A stretch of 64,000 nt of DNA from an uncultured Candidatus Saccharibacteria bacterium (GTDB lineage Bacteria; Patescibacteriota; Minisyncoccia; Phycocordibacterales; UBA9973): the NCBI GenBank assembly GCA_964554645.1, contig CAZKPK010000003.1, positions 4,256-68,255 of the forward strand, in the 5' to 3' direction. The translations under genes and the position numbers were made by a program. The first letter of the stretch is position 1; every line of letters begins with the position of its first letter. A model generated the notes under the pieces. The model saw only the letters and a program-made list of their open reading frames with translations, did no database searches and was not told where the DNA came from. Shown piece after piece: positions 48,403 to 56,506 of this stretch.

Positions 48403-50139
48403 TTAATAAATTTCTTGCTGATAACATCTTTCACAATAAACTATTTCAGGGCGATCTGGAGTATAGCTGGTTTTAAATTCTACTTTACATTTTTCTTGTC
48501 CATGAAAATGATTTTCTTTTTTACACATACAAATTCTATCCCAAAGCTTTAAGGGATTCCTTAAATTGATCCGCTGATAATGCCTGCAATTCGGGCATAA
48601 TCTAGGCAGAGGCAAGTTCATTCTTTTATAAAACTTGAATTCTTCCGGAATAATTTTAAAGGCTTCGGTGCACTGATCTTTACATTGGCCACTGTGCCCG
48701 CAAGCAATTACTTTATTCACTATATCATCTTTTATATCTTCAATATTATCTAGTATATTTTTATTTTCTATATCAATTTTATAATTTCTTTCTTCCGTAT
48801 TTTGCCAAGAATATCCCTGTTTTAAGGCTTCTTCCTTGGTTAAGGGAAAATATTCTTGCGCAATTGTTTCATTATAGGCAAATGGCGAAAGCTCGGACGG
48901 AAAAAATTCTCCGTATTTATAAACTCTTCCCTTCCTATCTACATAGGGTATTATATTCATCTGTTTTATAATTTTTGGCAAAAGTTCTTCATATTCTTCT
49001 TTCGTATATTGTTTGTTTAATATGCAGTATTGTTTTTTACGCAAACCTTCACAACCAAAAATATTTTTGCAGTCTCGGCATTCCTCATTATATCTGGTAT
49101 CTTGGTTGAAAATGTTTCTCATCCCAAAAGCCATATTTGATCCACCAAACCCGTTAGTGATTTCATAAACAAGTTCACTGTTCCAACCTTGAAATGAGGT
49201 GTCGTAAGCATCCTTGGCGTGATTTCTGATATAAAATAAATATTTTGAGTCTTCTGTCTGACCAGAGCTGAATGAATAGTGAGTATTGCGTGCTTCGGAC
49301 AAATCATCTCCATCTGAGGCGACTGATTTATAAATGCGGGCATATCTATGAGGTAAAGTTAATTCTAATTCTTCTAATTTTTTCAGAAACTCAAGATGTC
49401 TTTTATGGCTTCCCTTATTTTCTTTTATAAAGTTACCGTATTCCTCTTTTGAATGTGGTTTGTTAAAAATATAATATTGTTTATTTACTAGCCCGACACA
49501 ACCGAAACAATTCATGCAATTTCGGCAATCGATCAAATAAGAACTGTCCACACAATCAAAAGAATATCTGCTAAAAAATAATTTATTTGTTCTCATGCAT
49601 TCAAAATTCTCATAACTGAATTCATTTTTTTCGCAAAAAGCTACATCTAAAGAATCACGAGAGTCTCTGACTTGATTTCCAAAATAAACTCTTTCATTTC
49701 CTTTTCCCCCGAATAATAAATAACATTCTTTAAAATCCAGACCGTAATTGCAATAATCGCTTAATACAAAATTATCTCTGTATAAATTTGCTCTCGGGAC
49801 TGTTCTCTGGAGTGATTGAAATTGAGTGAAGAATGGGATTGAAAAATCATAATCGCGTTTATAACTCATTACATCCCATTTGTCTGAAAACCAACAATCA
49901 TAACAATAAACAATATATGGGCGTTCTTTATGATATAAACCTATAATTGATTTTTGACATAAGGCGCATTCTCGTTTGTAAAATACTCTGTTGTTTCTAA
50001 ACAGTAATCTTCTTTGGAATCTACACTCCGGACAGAATGTCGGCGGAGGAACTTTTAGTTTTTCATAAAAATTAAAATCTTCCGATTCGATGATGAAATC
50101 TTTTTGGCAATTTTTACAGATTTTTTCTTTATTACTCAT
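48403..50139 (-). CDS. Cys-rich CPR-family protein of unknown function (intact)
   Basis: CKNC, PPTFCPECRFQRR, repeated CxxCxxCFGCxGL..K.Y.I.NK.Y.KEEY, LSPFAYNET, PRLCPNCRH. Confidence 0.88.
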   Translation of the reverse strand: MSNKEKICKNCQKDFIIESEDFNFYEKLKVPPPTFCPECRFQRRLLFRNNRVFYKRECALCQKSIIGLYHKERPYIVYCYDCWFSDKWDVMSYKRDYDFSIPFFTQFQSLQRTVPRANLYRDNFVLSDYCNYGLDFKECYLLFGGKGNERVYFGNQVRDSRDSLDVAFCEKNEFSYENFECMRTNKLFFSRYSFDCVDSSYLIDCRNCMNCFGCVGLVNKQYYIFNKPHSKEEYGNFIKENKGSHKRHLEFLKKLEELELTLPHRYARIYKSVASDGDDLSEARNTHYSFSSGQTEDSKYLFYIRNHAKDAYDTSFQGWNSELVYEITNGFGGSNMAFGMRNIFNQDTRYNEECRDCKNIFGCEGLRKKQYCILNKQYTKEEYEELLPKIIKQMNIIPYVDRKGRVYKYGEFFPSELSPFAYNETIAQEYFPLTKEEALKQGYSWQNTEERNYKIDIENKNILDNIEDIKDDIVNKVIACGHSGQCKDQCTEAFKIIPEEFKFYKRMNLPLPRLCPNCRHYQRINLRNPLKLWDRICMCKKENHFHGQEKCKVEFKTSYTPDRPEIVYCERCYQQEIY

Positions 50140-50144
50140 AATAG

Positions 50145-50172
50145 TATAATAGACACGGCCGTTGCTATTGTG
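50145..50172. repeat. AACGGCCGTT-core palindrome family, copy 6
   Basis: TATAATAGACACGGCCGTTGCTATTGTG, directly upstream of ATG 50139. Confidence 0.8.
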
Positions 50173-50201
50173 CTATTTGATTATAATTTTAATTAATTCC
50201 T

Positions 50202-53090
50202 TCATTTTTGTGAGTTGGAAAATTTATGATAAACTTTGTGCAGTTTTTTTACATTCGTTTCAATTACTTTACTTTTACCGTCTGTAATTATAACTTTACC
50301 ATTCTTTTCTACTTTTCCAAGTTTAACATAGGAAATTCCTTTGCATATTTTTTCAAATTCTTTTGTGTTTTTGGGAGACACAGATACTAAAATTCTACCT
50401 TGGCTTTCGGAAAAAAGCTTAACATCTATAGATAAAACGGAAGCAAGGCTTCCGTTTTGGAGATTTTTTATGGAAACATTACAGCCCAGCATTCCGCCGA
50501 CACAGGCTTTGGCCAACGCAATTCCTAATCCTCCCGAAGTTACCGAAATTGAAGAAACTACGAGTTCTTTTTGAATGGCTTTTTCTAACGCCAGATAAGT
50601 TTTTAGATTTTTCTCTAAATTAACCTTCGGCACGAGTTCGTCGTTTGTTTCCCCTAATAAATAAATATAGTCACCACTATTTTTAAATTCTGGTGAGACA
50701 GTTTTATACAGATCGGGCATTACGCTGATTGCGGAAATAAGAAGCGTCGGTGGAATAGAAATAGCAACCGGATTCCCTTTCTCATCATAGCCTTTAAAAT
50801 CATTAAACATGCTGTCTTTGCCCGAAATAAATGGAGTGCCGTAGCCTACGGCATAGTCGTAGCAGGCTTTTACTGCCTCTACGAGCTGGTATAGACGTTT
50901 CGGGTCATTAGAAGAGCACCAGCAAAAATTGTCCAGTATCGCGAGATGTTTAAGCGTTCCTCCAGTGGCAATTACGTTTCGGATGGCGGTATCCAGAGCG
51001 CAAGCCGCCATATGATATGCGCTAATATCTCCGTAAGAAGGATAAATGCCATAGGATAAAACAACTCCCTTATTTGAATCTAGAACCGGGCGAAATACTT
51101 GCGTGTTGGTATTTATGCGTCCTGGACCAGAAAGTGGCTTCAACACAGAAGACGCCTGCACTTCATGGTCATATTGCTCGGAAATAAAAGAAAATCCAGA
51201 AATATTTTTGTCGGCAAGTAAATTTTCTAAAGTTTTTGTGTACACCTCACCCGGCTTTTCGAGATTTGGGTCCCACCCCAAATCTCCCCTTTCCTTAATA
51301 AGGAGAGGGGCTGGGGGTGAGGTTCTAAGTTGCTGTTTCGGCAATCCGTTATGCAAAAACTCCATATCCAATTCCATAATCTTTTTTTTCTTGTATTGCA
51401 CAATAACTTTTCCGGAATTTGTAAATTCCCCTATCACCATTGCTTCCACTCCCCGACTTTCCATTAATTTTTGGAATGTTCCCCATTTATTTTTAGGAAC
51501 AGATAAAGTCATGCGTTCTTGCGATTCGGAAATCCAAATTTCCCACGGACGCAGACCCGTATATTTAAGCGGAACTTTTTCTAAAAAAACTTTCGCTCCA
51601 TCACATTCTTTTGCCATTTCTGCCACTGAACAAGATAATCCTCCGGCGCCGTTATCAGTAATGCTGTTATATAAATTCAGATTGCGAGCTTCTTTGACTA
51701 TTGTGTCGCTTAATTTTTTTTGCGTAATCGGGTCGCCGATTTGCACGGCGGTTGCAGGCGAGGCTGAATCAAGCGTTACGGAAGAAAATGTTGCTCCATG
51801 GATTCCATCTAATCCGACTCTTCCGCCGATCATGACTATGTAATCGCCCACCTGCGCTTTTTTTTCATGAGCAGGTTTTTTTCCTCCCGAAACAGATAAA
51901 TTTCTTGGAATTAGACCTATGGTTCCAGCAAAAACCATCGGTTTGGCCCGGTAACGGTCGTCAAATTTTATAAAACCAGAAAGGGTGGGAATACCGGAGC
52001 AATTTCCTCCAACATTGATGCCTTTTATTACCCCGTTCATTATCCTTTTAGATGAAAGCATCGATTGAGTGAGATTTTTGTCTTTAAAAAGTTTTCGTGC
52101 ATCGTTCGGCTGGCTAAAACAAAATCCGTAAGTATTGGCAACCGGTTTGGCTCCTAATCCAAAACCGATTGTATCGCGGTTCACTCCGACAATGCCAGTT
52201 ACGGCGCCGCCAAATGGATCAAGCGCCGAAGGGCTGTTGTGGGTTTCCACTTTGTGAGTGATTAAATAATCTTCATCAAAAACTATCCCGCCGGCATTAT
52301 CAGAAAAAACAGAAACACAAAAATCTTTGCCACCCTTTTTCTTGCGTATTAGATTTGTCGCTCCCTTTATGTAAGTTTTATATAATCCATCTTTAATATC
52401 GTCAATCGGATTTGCAAAAATAGTGTGTTTACAGTGTTCGGACCAAGTTTGGGCGAGAGACTCTAATTCAACATCAGTTGGATTTCTTTTTAATCTCGCA
52501 AAATGTTCCTTAATGATACGCATTGAAGATAAATCTAAGGCTAACGGTCCTCTCCGTTTTCCTGTTTCGTCCATTATTCCTTCTTTGCCTATTTTGATTA
52601 ACTCTTGTTCACTTACTCCAAGATCCACATTTATTACAGATTTTCTTTTTTTGAGCGCCACTTTAGGAACTTTTTTTGGAAAATTTATTTTACCAGCTTG
52701 AACGCGCGCCATATAAGCTCTTTCAATCAGTGAATTGTATAAAGTAAGAGAATATTTTTGAACATCTTCGAGTTTGCGCGATTTAATAAAAAAAATTTTT
52801 GAAGTATATACCTGAAATTTTGTATTGTTTTTTAAGTTAAGCAAATCTCGCGCAATTTCTTTGACAGTGTGTCCAACATTATCCGTCACTCCGGGCAAGA
52901 ATCCTATTTCAATTGCATAAGAAAAATCTCGCGCCGGCGGAGATTCATTAATAAAATAATTTTCTAAAATTGGATTAGTGAGCGCCTCGGCGATTTTAAC
53001 GAGTTTCTTTTTGGATAATTTAGAATCAATAAGATAGGAATTTGTCTTTTCACCTCCTCCTTTAAGCATTACATATATACGGGAAATCAT
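50202..53090 (-). CDS. purL: FGAM synthase synthetase subunit with N-terminal PurS-like extension
   Basis: WSEHCKH, KVETHNSPS, DNGAGGLS, SESQERM, QYDHEVQ, ISGKDS; 962 aa. Confidence 0.96.
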   Translation of the reverse strand: MISRIYVMLKGGGEKTNSYLIDSKLSKKKLVKIAEALTNPILENYFINESPPARDFSYAIEIGFLPGVTDNVGHTVKEIARDLLNLKNNTKFQVYTSKIFFIKSRKLEDVQKYSLTLYNSLIERAYMARVQAGKINFPKKVPKVALKKRKSVINVDLGVSEQELIKIGKEGIMDETGKRRGPLALDLSSMRIIKEHFARLKRNPTDVELESLAQTWSEHCKHTIFANPIDDIKDGLYKTYIKGATNLIRKKKGGKDFCVSVFSDNAGGIVFDEDYLITHKVETHNSPSALDPFGGAVTGIVGVNRDTIGFGLGAKPVANTYGFCFSQPNDARKLFKDKNLTQSMLSSKRIMNGVIKGINVGGNCSGIPTLSGFIKFDDRYRAKPMVFAGTIGLIPRNLSVSGGKKPAHEKKAQVGDYIVMIGGRVGLDGIHGATFSSVTLDSASPATAVQIGDPITQKKLSDTIVKEARNLNLYNSITDNGAGGLSCSVAEMAKECDGAKVFLEKVPLKYTGLRPWEIWISESQERMTLSVPKNKWGTFQKLMESRGVEAMVIGEFTNSGKVIVQYKKKKIMELDMEFLHNGLPKQQLRTSPPAPLLIKERGDLGWDPNLEKPGEVYTKTLENLLADKNISGFSFISEQYDHEVQASSVLKPLSGPGRINTNTQVFRPVLDSNKGVVLSYGIYPSYGDISAYHMAACALDTAIRNVIATGGTLKHLAILDNFCWCSSNDPKRLYQLVEAVKACYDYAVGYGTPFISGKDSMFNDFKGYDEKGNPVAISIPPTLLISAISVMPDLYKTVSPEFKNSGDYIYLLGETNDELVPKVNLEKNLKTYLALEKAIQKELVVSSISVTSGGLGIALAKACVGGMLGCNVSIKNLQNGSLASVLSIDVKLFSESQGRILVSVSPKNTKEFEKICKGISYVKLGKVEKNGKVIITDGKSKVIETNVKKLHKVYHKFSNSQK

Positions 53091-53156
53091 ACAAACATAG
53101 TATAATATATCAAAATTAAAGACAAATTTGAAATTTTTTGATAGAATAAAGTTGTT

Positions 53157-54026
53157 ATGGAAGATTTTTTACTACATGGAAATTCAGAATATGGTCCAGC
53201 TAAAACCCAATTTCTAAAGGATTTAGCTGCTTTGCGGAAAATTTACCCAGAAGAAATTTTAGCTTTGGTTCATAAAAACATGGATATCTTGCTTAAAAAT
53301 TATGTCGCCTGGCAACAGTCTTTGGGAGTTCTGGCAAAAAATTTTGGGATTGAAACAGCTGATGTAAATAAAATTCCGGGAGTAATAGAACAAATTTCTT
53401 TTGAAAAAGCCAAAAAAACACTTTTAAAGAGAAGGGCGGAAAAAATTATTTTGGGAATTTCCGGTCCCGGAGCCGTGGGAAAAGAAATCGTTAAGGATGC
53501 TTTGGGATTCGACACAGTAGTCAATACCACCACTCGACCCAAAAGAGATTATGAAAAAGAAGATCAGCATTATCATTTTGTGACAGAAGCTCAATTTAGA
53601 GATATTCTGGCCCAAGGCGGTTTTGTAATAGACATGGAAAGAAAAGGCCGAGGTCAATACGGAATTCAGAAACAAGATGTTGATCAAGTTTTATCGCGTT
53701 CTAAAATCTCAATAATCGAAGAAAATCCGGAAAATTTAGCAAGTTTAGGCAAATATATAAAAATACACCCAGAATGTCAATTTATTTTAATTTATATCCT
53801 GCCGCCTTCTCCAATTTTACTGCACTTGGCAGCAAGACTGGCTGGCCGATGTCAAAAAACCGGTGAAAATTTCAGATCAGCGATTATTTCAACTTTAGGG
53901 ATCAGGCAATTGAAAGAATTTAATTCTATCTCGATCGCCATAAAAAAAGAAATTCTTGTAGTTTTCGCTGTTAATGATGATGTTGAATGTATTGTTAAAA
54001 AAATAAAAGATTTAGTTACCATATAA
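53157..54026 (+). CDS. Guanylate kinase-like protein with N-terminal extension
   Basis: ISGPGAVGK P-loop, TTTRPKR.YE....HYHFV, YG, IYILPPS. Confidence 0.8.
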   Translation: MEDFLLHGNSEYGPAKTQFLKDLAALRKIYPEEILALVHKNMDILLKNYVAWQQSLGVLAKNFGIETADVNKIPGVIEQISFEKAKKTLLKRRAEKIILGISGPGAVGKEIVKDALGFDTVVNTTTRPKRDYEKEDQHYHFVTEAQFRDILAQGGFVIDMERKGRGQYGIQKQDVDQVLSRSKISIIEENPENLASLGKYIKIHPECQFILIYILPPSPILLHLAARLAGRCQKTGENFRSAIISTLGIRQLKEFNSISIAIKKEILVVFAVNDDVECIVKKIKDLVTI

Positions 54027-54031
54027 TCTTT

Positions 54032-55009
54032 ATGAAAAACATCGTGACTATTGGCGGAGGGACAGGCAGTTACACCGTTTTGTCGGGTTTGAAAAAACTG
54101 TCGGATGTTTCTTTGACTGCTCTTGTTTCAATGGCGGACGATGGCGGTTCTACTGGGGTATTGCGAGATGAACTAGGTGTGTTGCCGGGAGGAGATGTAA
54201 GACAATGCCTCGTTGCTCTTTCTGAACATAGCGAAGTGGTGCGCGAACTCATGAATTACCGATTTGATGAGGGGGTTTTAAAGGGACATAATTTTGGCAA
54301 TATTTTTTTGGCTACTTTAGAAAAAGTGACAGGTGATTTTGTCAGAGGCGTGGAAATAGCGTCGGAAATTCTAAAAGTTAAAGGCAAGGTAATACCGGTG
54401 ACAAAAAATAAAGCGCAATTATCTATTTTGCTTTCAGATGAAAAATTAATTGAGGGAGAAAATAGAATTAATCATTCCAATTTTCAAAATATTGGTATTA
54501 AAAAGATTTTTTATAAAAATAACGTGGAATTGAATGAGAATGCAAAACACGCAATTCTGGAAGCGGATTATCTTATCCTTGGTCCGGGAAATTATTATTG
54601 TTCTGTTGTTCCTAATCTCATCGTGAATGGTTTTAAAGAAGCTATCGGTAAAACTAAGGCGCAAATAATTTTACCGATTAATCTTACAAATAAATCAGGA
54701 CATACAATGTTTTGGAAAGTTAGTGATTATGTTCGAGTGATGGAAAAATATCTTGGAAAATCTGTCGATTTTATTTTAGTTAATACTGAAATGCCATCTT
54801 CTGAGCAAATAGAGCGTTACAAATTAAAAGAAGGGGATGGAGTGCTTGTGAATGATGATTTAAAAGATGAAAGAGTGATTAGAGAATCGCTATTATCACA
54901 CTTATTTTTTTCACACAGTAAAGCGGATAAATTGCAAAATATTAGAAGTTTTATCCGCCATGATTCAAAAAAATTAGCGGAATGCATTAAGAAAATAATA
55001 AATAAGTAA
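54032..55009 (+). CDS. YvcK/GlmR (UPF0052) family protein
   Basis: IGGGTG, MADDGGSTG.LR, PGGDVRQCL, GHNFGN, GPG, IRHDS. Confidence 0.92.
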   Translation: MKNIVTIGGGTGSYTVLSGLKKLSDVSLTALVSMADDGGSTGVLRDELGVLPGGDVRQCLVALSEHSEVVRELMNYRFDEGVLKGHNFGNIFLATLEKVTGDFVRGVEIASEILKVKGKVIPVTKNKAQLSILLSDEKLIEGENRINHSNFQNIGIKKIFYKNNVELNENAKHAILEADYLILGPGNYYCSVVPNLIVNGFKEAIGKTKAQIILPINLTNKSGHTMFWKVSDYVRVMEKYLGKSVDFILVNTEMPSSEQIERYKLKEGDGVLVNDDLKDERVIRESLLSHLFFSHSKADKLQNIRSFIRHDSKKLAECIKKIINK

Positions 55010-55022
55010 TCTATTACGTAAT

Positions 55023-55589
55023 ATGAAATTTATTTTTGATTTTGATGATGTGTTGTTTCAGACAAAAAAATTTATAGAACATGAATATGTATATTTAGTA
55101 AAAATTGGTATTTCTCGTAGTGTTGCGGAAGAATTTTATAAAAAAACAAGAGGCGGAGAATTTTCTTTAAAAAATTTTATATCCAATCTTTTTAATCAAG
55201 AGAAAATAAAAGAAGTTAAAGCAAAAGATGTATATGAACATATAATTAATAAAAGTTCCGATTTTGTTAATAAAGAATTATTAAAGATAGTGCAGAAGTT
55301 AAGAAAAGAAAATTGTTATTTGGTAACATATGGATATGAAGAATTTCAGATAGATAAAATTAAAAAAGCTGGTATTGAATCTTTTTTTTCTGAGATCATC
55401 GTGGTGTCGGAAAGTAAAAAAGAAGCAGTAGAAAAAATATGCGCTAAACATAAAGATGAAACAGTAATTTTTGTAGACGATAAAGCCAAGCATTTTGAAG
55501 ACCTTGATTTCCAAAAATGCCCAAATTTAAAGACAATTCTTTATGACGAAAAAGGTCTTGAGAAACTTAAAGTGGAAACTAAAAAATAG
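55023..55589 (+). CDS. HAD-superfamily hydrolase
   Basis: IFDFDDVL motif I, LVTYG motif II, FVDDK motif IV. Confidence 0.85.
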   Translation: MKFIFDFDDVLFQTKKFIEHEYVYLVKIGISRSVAEEFYKKTRGGEFSLKNFISNLFNQEKIKEVKAKDVYEHIINKSSDFVNKELLKIVQKLRKENCYLVTYGYEEFQIDKIKKAGIESFFSEIIVVSESKKEAVEKICAKHKDETVIFVDDKAKHFEDLDFQKCPNLKTILYDEKGLEKLKVETKK

Positions 55590-55671
55590 TAGGCAATCTG
55601 CTAGTCTTCTCTCATTTTAAAAACTAAAAAAGATAGTTTTTTAGAAAAATTTATTATATCAAATTTACTAA

Positions 55672-55705
55672 CTGGGAGACTTAGAATTAGATCTAAATTA
55701 TCACC
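55672..55705 (-). pseudogene. Degenerate copy of tRNA-Gln 3' half
   Basis: 23/34 ungapped matches to 62605-62638 (hand alignment). Confidence 0.55.
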
Positions 55706-55819
55706 ACTGCTAGGAGTTTGGTGCGACGTTGGAACCGCTTTGATGTTTAAAAAAGATTTATTATAGATATCCACAGCACTATTTGTAATAGAAACAATAA
55801 AAGCGTATAATTCTCGAAT

Positions 55820-56122
55820 ATGAAAAGATATAAAAATATTTTGATTCCGTTAGGGTCTTATCTTATTGCTTTTGTTTGGTACCTTATTTTTATGTCCTCC
55901 TCATCGTCATTCTCACAATTTGTTCCCTATAAAAGTGGAGATATAATGAACAAAGTGGTAATAAGTGTTTATTTTTTATTTATTATCGTTGGACTATTTT
56001 TTGGATTCAAAAGTAAAACAAAAGACTCTTCTCTTCTAAATAATTTAGTAGTTTTAATCGGTCTATTGTTGTTGATAGGATCTTTTCTGCTTTATAGTTT
56101 TTCTGCAGGTTGGACTGTTTAA
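55820..56122 (+). CDS. Small three-TM membrane protein
   Basis: Hydrophobic; shares a 38-bp promoter/start block with 56154. Confidence 0.75.
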   Translation: MKRYKNILIPLGSYLIAFVWYLIFMSSSSSFSQFVPYKSGDIMNKVVISVYFLFIIVGLFFGFKSKTKDSSLLNNLVVLIGLLLLIGSFLLYSFSAGWTV

Positions 56123-56153
56123 GGTCTTCAATGAAGACGTATAATTCTCGAAT

Positions 56154-56459
56154 ATGAAAAAATATAAAAATATTTGTATTGCTTTTGCTTTATACGTAAT
56201 TGCCGTTTTAGTTTTTTTTTCATGGACGTTTTTCGTACCAGCCGCTAGCTCTCCAGGTATAGCTAATTCAATTGGATTAGGTTTAGGTGTTATATTGATT
56301 TTGTCCGGAATATTTTTTGGTCTTAGAAGTGTAGTAGCAAAAGAATCTACATGGGCTGGTTATATTGTGATAATTGTTGGTATTCTTACATTTGTCGCAC
56401 CTTCTATTCTAAGTAGCTATACATTTTGGGGGTTTCTATATAATTTAGGCATACATTAA
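56154..56459 (+). CDS. Small three-TM membrane protein (paralog of 55820)
   Basis: MK.YKNI start and G.FFG motif shared with neighbour. Confidence 0.75.
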   Translation: MKKYKNICIAFALYVIAVLVFFSWTFFVPAASSPGIANSIGLGLGVILILSGIFFGLRSVVAKESTWAGYIVIIVGILTFVAPSILSSYTFWGFLYNLGIH

Positions 56460-56506
56460 AAAGAGCCCGCCGAAGCGAGCTCTCTATGTTTTGATAACCG
56501 ATTTTG

